A stretch of DNA of 64,000 bases from a virus (lineage: Duplodnaviria; Heunggongvirae; Uroviricota; Caudoviricetes), in the IMG/VR virus record IMGVR_UViG_3300037466_002980, positions 234,811-298,810 of that record; one strand, given 5' to 3'. A model generated the notes under the pieces. The model ran no database searches. It saw nothing but the letters and a program-made list of their open reading frames with translations, and was not told where the DNA came from. The position numbers and the translations under genes are program-made. This document shows positions 38,939-48,051 of the stretch, piece by piece (the stretch's first letter is position 1; every line of letters starts with the position of its first letter).

Positions 38939-39257
38939 TATAAATGCTTTCTGCTATCTGTACCCATTTAATAAAGTGATCACGATATTCTTCGCGAGAA
39001 TATGTTGGTACCTCATGAATAGTGCTTGGTGCCTTGGACATAGATAGAAATCTACTTAGATTTTCTGAAAATCTCCATTTCTGTTCTTCAGAATAATCAT
39101 CATGCCACCACATTGTGGTATCGAAAATATCCACATGGTAATTGGTAAATGCAAAAAAGAATATATCACTGTCTCCCCAGGCTTTCGTATATCTAGGAAA
39201 GATATCCATATCCCAGGTATATTTTAGTTTCATTGCTAATAGATCTTCTTTATTCAT
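38931..39257 (-). CDS. array C member 5
   Basis: Motif match. Confidence 0.85.
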   Translation of the reverse strand: MNKEDLLAMKLKYTWDMDIFPRYTKAWGDSDIFFFAFTNYHVDIFDTTMWWHDDYSEEQKWRFSENLSRFLSMSKAPSTIHEVPTYSREEYRDHFIKWVQIAESIYNE

Positions 39258-39585
39258 ATATTTCTTCTGCAATTTCAAACCAATAAAAGAAATGTTCTTC
39301 TAGTTCTTTCTTGGTTGTTACACCAAATTCAACAAATGTCTTAAAATCCTCTGAAAAATTCTGTATCCAATTATTATTAAAAGAAAATCTTCCATTCGCA
39401 TATCTATCAAGATCTCCCGGTCCCCTATAATCGATAGACATCAAGGGATTTTCGTTGATAATCTTATCTTCGAATCTCCGCCTAGAATCCCAGTAGGTAT
39501 TGTAGGCCGCGAAAATTATCTTATCATCGGAATGTACAAAATCGGGAAAATTTCCATATTTGAGTTTGAATATTAATCTATTCAT
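39250..39585 (-). CDS. array C member 4
   Basis: Motif match. Confidence 0.85.
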   Translation of the reverse strand: MNRLIFKLKYGNFPDFVHSDDKIIFAAYNTYWDSRRRFEDKIINENPLMSIDYRGPGDLDRYANGRFSFNNNWIQNFSEDFKTFVEFGVTTKKELEEHFFYWFEIAEEIYE

Positions 39586-39764
39586 AGAAGTCCAATTCCA
39601 ACTACAATCATAGGCGTGAATAGCGCAACCACAACTAAGAAAAGTATAATACCAACAATCAAGGACAGTACCTTATCACGAACATCCGTTGCAATGGATA
39701 TCGCAAGTCTAATAAGAACACCGACTCCAAACAGAATAAACAAGATTCCCCAAACTATATTCAT
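39582..39764 (-). CDS. unrelated 2-TM membrane protein inserted in array C
   Basis: Hydrophobic 60 aa, no array motif. Confidence 0.75.
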   Translation of the reverse strand: MNIVWGILFILFGVGVLIRLAISIATDVRDKVLSLIVGIILFLVVVALFTPMIVVGIGLL

Positions 39765-39773
39765 TTTTATTCC

Positions 39774-40130
39774 TTATTCATACATTTCTTCTGCAATCTC
39801 CATCCAAATATAGAAATGTTCTTCTAATTCTTTAATTGAAAAAATTTTTTGAGCATAAACCAGTATTCCCGCAATACAGGCTTTTCGTGACTCTTCGTAT
39901 TGTTCTAGAACCGTTATGAGGTTTATTGCATACGAATTTGCCATTTCGGGTAATTCTTCGGTCGACAATTGAATATAAGCTGAATCCATTAATATATCAT
40001 GATAATGGACGTCAAAGAAAAGGTTATATATTGAAAATAGTAATTCTTCAGGATATTCGCCTTTAATCAACATACAGTCAGGAAAATTTCCATGTTTCAA
40101 AACAAATGAAAGTTTGCTATAATTATCCAT
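39774..40130 (-). CDS. array C member 3
   Basis: Motif match. Confidence 0.85.
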   Translation of the reverse strand: MDNYSKLSFVLKHGNFPDCMLIKGEYPEELLFSIYNLFFDVHYHDILMDSAYIQLSTEELPEMANSYAINLITVLEQYEESRKACIAGILVYAQKIFSIKELEEHFYIWMEIAEEMYE

Positions 40131-40455
40131 ATATTTCTTCTGCTATTTCTGCCCATGTAAAAAATAGCTCTTCAGCATCCTTAACAGTAGCATCTACCGT
40201 TTCAGCAAAATTTATCCATTCTTGTCCTAGAAATAATCCATATTCGGAATATCGAGTTCCGTGATTAAAAGCTGCTTCATAAAGATTAAAATCAGTTCCT
40301 TGTGGATAGAAATTAAAATATGTAATCGCATAATCATACATAAAATTGAAAAGAATGAATTTTAATTTTTCGTTCTTTTTAACATTTTCTCTAAGAACAC
40401 AGTTTGGAAATTCACCATATTTGAGTGTGAACATTAATTTATTTTCTTTATTCAT
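40123..40455 (-). CDS. array C member 2
   Basis: Motif match. Confidence 0.85.
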   Translation of the reverse strand: MNKENKLMFTLKYGEFPNCVLRENVKKNEKLKFILFNFMYDYAITYFNFYPQGTDFNLYEAAFNHGTRYSEYGLFLGQEWINFAETVDATVKDAEELFFTWAEIAEEIYG

Positions 40456-40786
40456 AAATTCCTTCAGCAATCAATGCCCAACGATAGAAATGTTTTTTAA
40501 TTTTCTTAAGGTTCTTGAAACTGAGTGTCCTATTAACAGTATCTATGTCTTCTAAAAGTTTTCTGGTAGAGGAATTGTTATTGAAGTAATAGTAAATTGC
40601 CTTATCGGCTTCTTGTATAGGAAATTGAATGTTATAGAAGTCAAGAATTGTCCAATATGAATATATCAGATCCCACATGAAATTTGTTAGGATGAAATCC
40701 ATTTTATCATTTTTATGCCATTCTAGGCCACCTGGAAATTCACCATATCTTAGTTTCATCACTAATTCTAATTCTGATACTTTCAT
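40448..40786 (-). CDS. array C member 1
   Basis: Motif match. Confidence 0.85.
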   Translation of the reverse strand: MKVSELELVMKLRYGEFPGGLEWHKNDKMDFILTNFMWDLIYSYWTILDFYNIQFPIQEADKAIYYYFNNNSSTRKLLEDIDTVNRTLSFKNLKKIKKHFYRWALIAEGIYE

Positions 40787-40866
40787 ATTTGAAGATCGAG
40801 TATGCGTGTTTAATTTGTGTATGTATGAGCCTTAGCCCACCGAATATTATTACTAAATTCGCGGTT

Positions 40867-41139
40867 TTATCCTTGCTCTGTGAGCTTAAATTCAACGACT
40901 TCGAACTCGTCCTCGTGACATTCAAGAAAGGTGTGTCCCTTTGGCTTCAATTGTATTGAAAATGTGACTCGTTCTTTCTTTTCACCAGTCATATGATCCC
41001 TGAATAATTCACTCACACTAGCATATTCTTTATTCTCGACCAAGGAGGTAGCATCAAGATCGATACTAAGACTATAATCCGCCCACATCCATTGTCCAGT
41101 TGGTTTGTGTCGGAGAGCATAGAGAAGTTGTTCAACCAT
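40867..41139 (-). CDS. hypothetical protein
   Basis: 90 aa ORF. Confidence 0.7.
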   Translation of the reverse strand: MVEQLLYALRHKPTGQWMWADYSLSIDLDATSLVENKEYASVSELFRDHMTGEKKERVTFSIQLKPKGHTFLECHEDEFEVVEFKLTEQG

Positions 41140-41540
41140 GATTATTCTCGATTCAATTTCTTAATTGCGTAATAGGTGAAGATAGCCATTATTCCTGATA
41201 GAATGGCACCTCCGAATGCACCTGCGATAAGGCACCCGATTGAAAGTATTGCAAAGATAAGAATAAGTAGTTTCATATTGTATCAATCATCATTGCCCAG
41301 ACTATTACACCATCTTCATCAGTTGAAAAGAGTATTCTGTCATGAATACCTCTTAATTTAACCAATACAGCGGCTTCGTCGTGAGTCATTCCGACGTATT
41401 CGAGCTCAGGATATTCGCCGATTGTAACTTCTTGCATACTGTGATTTTAATATATATCACAGTTGAAGCACAATCTACCGATCAGTTCCTATGCATAGGA
41501 AGATCAATAGAAACGGCAGGGATTTTCGTTCAGGAAACGA

Positions 41541-42206
41541 TCAGATTTCTGTGATACAATCGTTCACAGAATTCAGAATTTCAGTCTTCTGTCCATTCAA
41601 TGATTCGATATATTCATTGAATATATTTTCTTCTTGTGTGAACGGTAACGGAAGTGGACTTGGTAACTTGTACGAATTTCCATACAGAAGATGGAAATCG
41701 AATGTCCACTTCTTATAATTACGAATGGTATCGTCCTTTCCAGTTATCTTATTGCGTATTCTTCTAGCCAGATAGTCCACTCTGTGGTTATTGACCACAC
41801 GTGAATGTGAACGTACTTTTATGAAACGTGAATGTTCGACATAATAGTAGACCTGATTGATAATGTCTTCATCGTATCGATGTTTCAGCAGTGTCTCTAT
41901 CCTTCGTTTGAATGTGTAGAACGAAGAACGATTTTGTCCTGTTCCTGCATTCCATTGATGGTTGGCACCTACTGTCAATTCATCATCCGTGTAAAACGAC
42001 GCTTGGTCGGCGGTAATTTGGTATGGTTGGATGAATTTTACCGCTTCAATTAGGGCAATTAATTCGTGGCATCCGGGAGCCCTAATTTCAAATGCATCGG
42101 CATGTTCGAGGATTTCGCCTTGATGATTTACGTGGATACCGAAAGAGGTAATGCTATTATGACTACCTGAAATTGTTGTTTCGGATCCGTCGTAATAGAT
42201 TATCAT
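41541..42206 (-). CDS. RNase H type I-like nuclease
   Basis: Catalytic D-E-D-D order: YYDGS, HELIAL, YTDDE, KVRSHS...NHRVDYLAR. Confidence 0.75.
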   Translation of the reverse strand: MIIYYDGSETTISGSHNSITSFGIHVNHQGEILEHADAFEIRAPGCHELIALIEAVKFIQPYQITADQASFYTDDELTVGANHQWNAGTGQNRSSFYTFKRRIETLLKHRYDEDIINQVYYYVEHSRFIKVRSHSRVVNNHRVDYLARRIRNKITGKDDTIRNYKKWTFDFHLLYGNSYKLPSPLPLPFTQEENIFNEYIESLNGQKTEILNSVNDCITEI

Positions 42207-42359
42207 TCTAGGAACTTTTCTTAGCCCTTACTTTCTTCCAAGCAATGTATCTATTCAGAAAAACTCGAGCATCTTCGGGAAAGAATAGTGATAAGAACCA
42301 CCACATAAAAAGAAAGGCCCAAAGAAGCATATCAGGACTGAACCAAGAAAAGTGAGCAT

Positions 42360-42563
42360 TTAATTCACCTTATAATTTTTCACGACAAGATAATGGGCAA
42401 ATAGCCCGAGTGCCATGAAATAAGCGCGTCCACAGAATGTAACGAAATCAACCGGTGTCCACCAACTGATTCCCAAGAAGTAGAATGCTACACATCCTAA
42501 TGCCATCCCGCCAACACAGAATCCCCATGCTGCCACATAAGTCCAAACGGGAAGAGATTTCAT
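42360..42563 (-). CDS. small membrane protein
   Basis: Two TM segments. Confidence 0.65.
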   Translation of the reverse strand: MKSLPVWTYVAAWGFCVGGMALGCVAFYFLGISWWTPVDFVTFCGRAYFMALGLFAHYLVVKNYKVN

Positions 42564-42651
42564 TTTATTTCTCCTGAAGTATTAGGAATTTCCTGTATTA
42601 TTCTTAGTATAAGTGATTTCCTAACATAAGGTCTAGAAAGCTTCTTTGGTT

Positions 42652-42927
42652 TTATTTGAAAACTATTTCACCAGCAAGATGACCATACTCAGCCCGTTTT
42701 CCGACCTCTTCTGTTGCATACCCGGTAGTGATACTAAGATAGTCTGGAAATCGAAGAAGAAGCATAGTAGCACATTCCTCATCTTGAATATCATATCCAA
42801 GCGAAGAAAGAAAAGTTCTTTTCGGTATTGTGTATGCGATTTTCTGCTCTTTTAGGTATCTTTCAAATTGAAGAGAAAGCCACGAAGCAATCGGAAATCC
42901 GGGTCGAAGATTAATATATATTTTCAT
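42652..42927 (-). CDS. small protein with array-A-like motif
   Basis: IQDEECATMLLLRF. Confidence 0.65.
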   Translation of the reverse strand: MKIYINLRPGFPIASWLSLQFERYLKEQKIAYTIPKRTFLSSLGYDIQDEECATMLLLRFPDYLSITTGYATEEVGKRAEYGHLAGEIVFK

Positions 42928-43223
42928 TGAAATACACTCTTGTAAACTTCGGTTGAATTAACCTTTTCGGGTTCATTTTCTATTAACCATTTTAGACGTT
43001 CTCTGACCTCCGAATAGAATTGCGACATATTAGTCGAATCCCGGATCTTGATGTGTTTTAGAAAATCCTCGTATGTATCAATTGCGATAACAGTGGAAGA
43101 ACATGATCTTCTCTGAGCAACCTTCCAAGCCTCTTCTACTGAAGTGGCATCGAATCCATAGGTATTCATGTATAGATATTTTCCCGGCGATTCCGGAAAA
43201 TACAAGTATGCATTCCATTTCAT
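42924..43223 (-). CDS. hypothetical protein
   Basis: Start MKWNAY. Confidence 0.6.
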   Translation of the reverse strand: MKWNAYLYFPESPGKYLYMNTYGFDATSVEEAWKVAQRRSCSSTVIAIDTYEDFLKHIKIRDSTNMSQFYSEVRERLKWLIENEPEKVNSTEVYKSVFQ

Positions 43224-43257
43224 TGAAGACCTAATAGATAAATTTTTTTGAAAAAGG

Positions 43258-43566
43258 TTAATGAACCTTCCTGCTTGGCCAATCCTTGTCCGAAAGGTAG
43301 ATCTGTTGACATGCACTCCTCAAAGTGGAACGCACATCAATATAGATTTCCACATGATTATCACGAAGGAGCTTCGTGAGTTTTGTTTGCGCACTATCCA
43401 GTGTAGGATAAGTGAAATGATCCAGAAAGTCCAGGAAGGTGCTTTCATCAGAAACCAATGCTTCCGGATGCCCCAACATTTCCAGCAGTTTCTTGATTTG
43501 CTTTTCAAATTCGTCTGGAATCGGATTGAAAACAACCGTCATCTTTTTCTTATCAAAGGGACGCAT
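43258..43566 (-). CDS. hypothetical protein
   Basis: 102 aa ORF. Confidence 0.7.
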   Translation of the reverse strand: MRPFDKKKMTVVFNPIPDEFEKQIKKLLEMLGHPEALVSDESTFLDFLDHFTYPTLDSAQTKLTKLLRDNHVEIYIDVRSTLRSACQQIYLSDKDWPSRKVH

Positions 43567-43632
43567 TTTTGATTCCTTAGATATTCAACCAACCTATTGT
43601 ACCACTACAAATGGTCTTGGTTGATTGAATGC

Positions 43633-43911
43633 TTAATGAATAACCAATGGAATTTGCGCCAACTGGCAGTAGCCGGACAGCTTTTCTTCCACTTCTTCTT
43701 GAGTGGGAACATTCAGCTGCCATGCATTGATTTGCCGTTGAAAGGCATCGGCCCAGGATCCGTCGAGGTAAACCTCTTTGTTCGTGGCCTTATCCACAAT
43801 TTCGAATCCATGGCGTGGACGCGGAGAGAGAAATGTTCTTTCCTCTTCCGGCACTTCGTTAGCATCCATGTGGACGACAACGAACGTATCCGAGTCATAC
43901 AGCATCTGCAT
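43633..43911 (-). CDS. DUF3567 / BTH_I0359-family protein (betaproteobacterial host-like)
   Basis: MQMLYDSDTFVVVH...GFEIVDK...EVYLDGSWA...PTQEEVE...PLVIH; AGGAG SD. Confidence 0.7.
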   Translation of the reverse strand: MQMLYDSDTFVVVHMDANEVPEEERTFLSPRPRHGFEIVDKATNKEVYLDGSWADAFQRQINAWQLNVPTQEEVEEKLSGYCQLAQIPLVIH

Positions 43912-44221
43912 CTTGATCTCCTTCTTGCCTATTCTTGTATTCGCCGTACAGCCTTCCGATAGTGGGGACAACCTTCTCGAAAATGCGTACAGGAAAGTCT
44001 CCGAAGAGGACGGCAAGGGTGCTAACCCAATCATCGTCACCATCTTCGAAGATTGCCCATTTCACCGAGGAGGCATATTCCACTTCCTGGGGTTCATGTG
44101 TGTCGATTCTGCCCTGAACAGAGACACCATCTTCGGTTACCTGGAACCTGAAGATACCGTCGCGGCCGTAATCCTCTGTGAAGAAATACGGTTCGAATTT
44201 GGGCGTCTTTTGCTCATCCAT
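43895..44221 (-). CDS. hypothetical acidic protein
   Basis: Start MDEQK. Confidence 0.6.
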   Translation of the reverse strand: MDEQKTPKFEPYFFTEDYGRDGIFRFQVTEDGVSVQGRIDTHEPQEVEYASSVKWAIFEDGDDDWVSTLAVLFGDFPVRIFEKVVPTIGRLYGEYKNRQEGDQDADAV

Positions 44222-44333
44222 AGTGCTATTGTAGCACGTCGATTCCTGGAGAGCAACAGGTTCATGAAGTTGATTTGCCGGTTCCTGCTCCTTGCTGTAG
44301 AAACGTTGATGATAGCCGTCGAAGCCCATTGTT

Positions 44334-44567
44334 TCACGACGCTCGCGCGCCCTCACATTCGAGGGAACCATTCTGAGAAAACCCATTTCCGTTTTCCTTT
44401 TCTTTTGGAGGTTGGATGGTTAATGAATAACCAGCAGTCGTGTTTTTATATTTCGACCACCAGTCGTTGCAATGAAGCTCACACATATTCGTTTCAGTTT
44501 TCTTTCCGTCCACAGGCCACGTGAATAGCGCGTGAGCCGGAGAATCACAAATTTCGCACTGGATCAT
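44334..44567 (-). CDS. small Cys/His protein
   Basis: CEICD...MCELHC. Confidence 0.6.
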   Translation of the reverse strand: MIQCEICDSPAHALFTWPVDGKKTETNMCELHCNDWWSKYKNTTAGYSLTIQPPKEKENGNGFSQNGSLECEGARAS

Positions 44568-44785
44568 TTCTTATCTTGTGCAGTGGAAGGTGCATCCGGA
44601 CAACGCATTTCGAGTTCCTCGTGAATTGCTTCACCGCAAACCGTTTTCGCGTGCTCTGCCCCACAGTTCTTGCACTTTCGAATCGATCCGAAACGCGGAG
44701 TTCCTGAAATCGAAACAATGGAACTTTCCCATTCTCCCATTTCATGGGTAGGATGGATGTTAGAAACGTTAAAGGAGATACTCAC
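44564..44785 (-). CDS. small Cys-rich protein
   Basis: HEMGEW...CKNCG...C. Confidence 0.6.
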   Translation of the reverse strand: MSISFNVSNIHPTHEMGEWESSIVSISGTPRFGSIRKCKNCGAEHAKTVCGEAIHEELEMRCPDAPSTAQDKK

Positions 44786-44794
44786 GATATATCC

Positions 44795-45136
44795 TTATGT
44801 AAGTTCGTATCCAAGTGCGACCAACATTCCGTCACACCATTTTCGTGCGTCTTCATCGAAAGCATTACTGCTTAGGTCACGATTTGAACACCAGTCCAGG
44901 TGTTCTGCCCAACAGCGTTCGCCACCGTTCCAGCTATCGCAACCAAGAGAGTATTCTCGTATGCGAACACGTGGTGTTTTCTCAATGAAGGCGATTCTAT
45001 CGGCAATGTTATCTACGTTGCCGCCTTCGATAATTCGTGTGGCACAATAACCATCCACGATAATCCAAGGACTGACTTTCTTTCCCATTTTTAATTTCTT
45101 TGTGTGGATTGATTCGAATAAGGAACGTAGTACCAT
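44795..45136 (-). CDS. hypothetical protein
   Basis: ORF, real start probably MGKKV. Confidence 0.65.
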   Translation of the reverse strand: MVLRSLFESIHTKKLKMGKKVSPWIIVDGYCATRIIEGGNVDNIADRIAFIEKTPRVRIREYSLGCDSWNGGERCWAEHLDWCSNRDLSSNAFDEDARKWCDGMLVALGYELT

Positions 45137-45327
45137 TTGCTCCAGTTATATTCTTCACAAAGTGAAGTAGGAGCTAGAATGAAAACCTTCAGAACATCCA
45201 GTCCAGCTTCTTGAGCCCAAAAAAGAGCATCAAGCAATCGACTCAATTCGTCGAAGGAATGTGTGGGAGCCGGACCATCATTGCAACCGCATGGTTTGCC
45301 AGAGATTGGCTTTTCAATGCGTTTCAT
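45091..45327 (-). CDS. hypothetical protein
   Basis: 78 aa ORF. Confidence 0.6.
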   Translation of the reverse strand: MKRIEKPISGKPCGCNDGPAPTHSFDELSRLLDALFWAQEAGLDVLKVFILAPTSLCEEYNWSKWYYVPYSNQSTQRN

Positions 45328-45328
45328 T

Positions 45329-45556
45329 TCAGTACGGAATTGAAATGATGTTGGTAAGGTCGAAAGGATCTCCAGTGGTGCTATCCCACATGGCAGACTC
45401 CATCAACACCGAATCCACTGCTAATTGCAGTGTATTGGAATGCTTGACATATTCGTCGATGTTATCGAGACAGATCTTCTTCTTATATCTTTTCTTTGCT
45501 TCCCGAATCACATCGTCACGGGTGAATGTTTTCATTTCATCCTTTTTTGGTTTCAT
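45329..45556 (-). CDS. hypothetical protein
   Basis: 75 aa ORF. Confidence 0.6.
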   Translation of the reverse strand: MKPKKDEMKTFTRDDVIREAKKRYKKKICLDNIDEYVKHSNTLQLAVDSVLMESAMWDSTTGDPFDLTNIISIPY

Positions 45557-45600
45557 GTTATTATTTTAATGGCGATTTTGGATCTGGTCAATGTTTTATT

Positions 45601-45858
45601 TCACTTTTTGGTGGCGTAAATAACCCATGAAATGAGAATATAACACGCCGAAAAGACAGTGAGAAGTCCGTACCAGAATCCAGGCCTTGGATCAAAAGTA
45701 ATGATTCCAGTTGTGGAAGTCATTACTGATATTCCAACAGTAAGTGTGCAGATAAACACAATCATTGCTGGAATGAAAAGGATAAAACGCACCAAACGGT
45801 GGGCATCTTTCTTGTTCATAGAATTATCCAATTGTGTAAGTTTCGCCACGCGCCACAT
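45601..45858 (-). CDS. small membrane protein
   Basis: Two TM segments; real start probably MNKKD. Confidence 0.6.
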   Translation of the reverse strand: MWRVAKLTQLDNSMNKKDAHRLVRFILFIPAMIVFICTLTVGISVMTSTTGIITFDPRPGFWYGLLTVFSACYILISWVIYATKK

Positions 45859-46033
45859 TCAATTGGCGCAACATTCGTTGAAGCATTGGATCCGGAATCC
45901 TTGCCGCACCCTTTTCGTCGTAACGAAGATGGACAAAGAATACCTTGGACCGGCCTGTTGCAGTCAGCGTCACTGCTGTCAACTTTGTATGTCCAGCCTG
46001 CTGCTCCGCTTGAATTCGACGTGCATCCGACAT
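45824..46033 (-). CDS. hypothetical protein
   Basis: 69 aa, GGAG SD. Confidence 0.65.
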   Translation of the reverse strand: MSDARRIQAEQQAGHTKLTAVTLTATGRSKVFFVHLRYDEKGAARIPDPMLQRMLRQLNVARGETYTIG

Positions 46034-46040
46034 GATTTCG

Positions 46041-46355
46041 TTACTCCTTGCCCTTGTTTAGGCGTTTTGTGAAAATCATCCTATGTTTAGGACGTCGAGA
46101 AAATCTTACTCGTGGATATTTTTGTTCGTAAATTTCTTTTGCACGTTTTCTTCCAGCATCCGTGAGACGCATTGCCTTTCCACTTCGAATATGTTCTCCG
46201 GAGGCTTTCGTATAAGTCATTAATCCGGTTTTTTCTAATGTTCTTCTGTGTTCCGGATTTCTAATGAATACCACACCTTTATTCATCCCAGAATAGAAGG
46301 TATGACCTATCTCTCCAAGATAGGCGCTAAGAAGCCATTCCCAATCTTCGTTCAT
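46041..46355 (-). CDS. hypothetical, possibly winged-helix-like protein
   Basis: LEKTGLM...MRLTDAGR. Confidence 0.6.
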   Translation of the reverse strand: MNEDWEWLLSAYLGEIGHTFYSGMNKGVVFIRNPEHRRTLEKTGLMTYTKASGEHIRSGKAMRLTDAGRKRAKEIYEQKYPRVRFSRRPKHRMIFTKRLNKGKE

Positions 46356-46548
46356 TCTTGTCTTAGGATATCGAGCTGAAGATTGATTGAAAGAGTTTTC
46401 GCAGCCTCAAGTGAAATGTTGAATTCGTTTTTCAGGCACTGGATTGCAAGTGCTCGATTCCCAACACGGAGATATTCAACAATCTTGTTGAATTGTTCCT
46501 CGAGCATACCCCATCGAGTCCCGTCATAGCATTCGAAAGCAATAATTC

Positions 46549-46779
46549 TCATTTTGGTTTTCCGGTTTCTTTGCAAATCTGAATGTTGAGTTGGAAGGTG
46601 GAATGCAGATCGTGTGGATAGTTTTTCTTCACATGATCTGCAAATTCCTGACTGTAGATTGCGGAGGTCAGGGCAGCATGAACAGAACAATTGGTACCCG
46701 GATCGGAATGTCCTTGTGCGATCATTCGTCCAACTCCGTCTTGAACATAGACGGTGTATCCACCAAAATTCGAGCTCAT
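46549..46779 (-). CDS. hypothetical protein
   Basis: 76 aa ORF. Confidence 0.55.
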   Translation of the reverse strand: MSSNFGGYTVYVQDGVGRMIAQGHSDPGTNCSVHAALTSAIYSQEFADHVKKNYPHDLHSTFQLNIQICKETGKPK

Positions 46780-47657
46780 ATGACGATCTCCGGTAATCCC
46801 GCTTTCTCTCTGTTTGCTTTGAAAGTGGCGCGGGCAAGCTGACGTGAATATCCGTTTACTCGTTGAAGTGCGAAAATAATGTCTTCGTAGGTTTTACCTA
46901 ACGAATGACCTGCCTTCATAATTTTTCGACTGATCTCAGCCTTTGAGTTGCCTTGATAACACTGAGAGGGAACCCATCCGTCCGGCCATTCGGCCGTGGG
47001 ACGCAACGAAGCCTGATGAACACCCGGCACACCCTTCAGTTCACCAGTGCAATCGATAATCGAGCCTTGAGAAACTGGTTGCACATGATGGAGGGCGAGT
47101 GGAGTTTCCAATCTCCGACCATTTAATGCGATGAGGAAGCATGGACTTTGGCGGTTGACGAATCCTAAATCGTTCCCATCACTAATGATACGTAATGCAT
47201 CACCTTGTTGAATTTGTTGGTGTTTCGTATCGGAAAATCTTACCTTATAATTCTCTGTGGTTGCATATTCCCAGGTGTGTCCTTTTCCAAAGATCACCGG
47301 TAATGAATGAGTTGTGTCTCCGTTTCCCCCGAGTGCCAGACAAAGGTTTCGCCATCCATCATCATGTTTGCTTCCCAGCTTCGGATGCATGAAACAGATG
47401 CAATGTGCTACTTCGTGAGGAACAGTGTTGGTTAGGATGAAGTTAAACGTTTCTTCATCCCGTTGGATCATTTCTTTATTGAATCGAAGTCCAAACGGAA
47501 CATCCTCGGGAATATTGTGAGTGGCTATTCCGGTAGAACATCCACGAAGATTGAAATCGACGACAGGTTTGTCGAAATGTAGATCGGGATACAATTGCTT
47601 CGCTATTACGAAACAATTATCCACCGCAGCAATGATTTTTTGGATTCGGTCTTTCAC
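46776..47657 (-). CDS. SprT-like zinc metalloprotease with extra C-terminal helical domain
   Basis: FNLRG..G.A, LRFN, TVPHEVAH, HDDGW...LGG. Confidence 0.85.
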   Translation of the reverse strand: MKDRIQKIIAAVDNCFVIAKQLYPDLHFDKPVVDFNLRGCSTGIATHNIPEDVPFGLRFNKEMIQRDEETFNFILTNTVPHEVAHCICFMHPKLGSKHDDGWRNLCLALGGNGDTTHSLPVIFGKGHTWEYATTENYKVRFSDTKHQQIQQGDALRIISDGNDLGFVNRQSPCFLIALNGRRLETPLALHHVQPVSQGSIIDCTGELKGVPGVHQASLRPTAEWPDGWVPSQCYQGNSKAEISRKIMKAGHSLGKTYEDIIFALQRVNGYSRQLARATFKANREKAGLPEIVI

Positions 47658-47718
47658 AGCTTCTCTGCTGTCTTATCAATAATGTAATATAGCAGGAACC
47701 GGTTCCTGTGTCGACCGG

Positions 47719-48051
47719 TTAAAGATTGTCTCGAATAAATTTTTCTAATTCTTGAAACTGTGTATAATGTGCAGTGAAGAGTTCGTTTCCTTTGAAGTCT
47801 GTTACCGTTGCATATTCACGACTGCGTCCGTTATGATGAACGTAACATTTCAATTTTCCATCGAGGTGAACAACTGTTCTTCCGACCTCCACTTTATGTC
47901 CCTCAGCCATTAATGCCTTCATCAATGAAAGGGCAGGTTGGAAAAAATTGGAGGAACTCCATCCTCCATTTTCTTCATATTCGTTGAGTGATCTTGAAAG
48001 TGCCATGAATATATTTATTTCTTTTCCTTCTTCGACCGTGCTTCCCAACAT
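47719..48051 (-). CDS. hypothetical protein
   Basis: ORF, real start probably MALSR. Confidence 0.65.
   Translation of the reverse strand: MLGSTVEEGKEINIFMALSRSLNEYEENGGWSSSNFFQPALSLMKALMAEGHKVEVGRTVVHLDGKLKCYVHHNGRSREYATVTDFKGNELFTAHYTQFQELEKFIRDNL

Larger units (their letters stand above)
34825..40786 (-). repeat. paralog array C: 18 tandem ~100-120 aa ORFs
   Basis: N-terminal MN...F.LKYG.FP.C, central F..YNF.WD, C-terminal F..W..IAEE.YE in all members. Confidence 0.95.

Noticed and set aside
34825-40786. CRISPR array suggested by the recurring 21-bp junction
   Set aside because: Intervals are ~300-350 bp of coding paralogs, repeats are degenerate and no cas genes are present
34825-40786. 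Diversity-generating retroelement or true integron
   Set aside because: No reverse transcriptase, no TR/VR pair with A-only changes seen, and no tyrosine integrase or attC hairpins in the window
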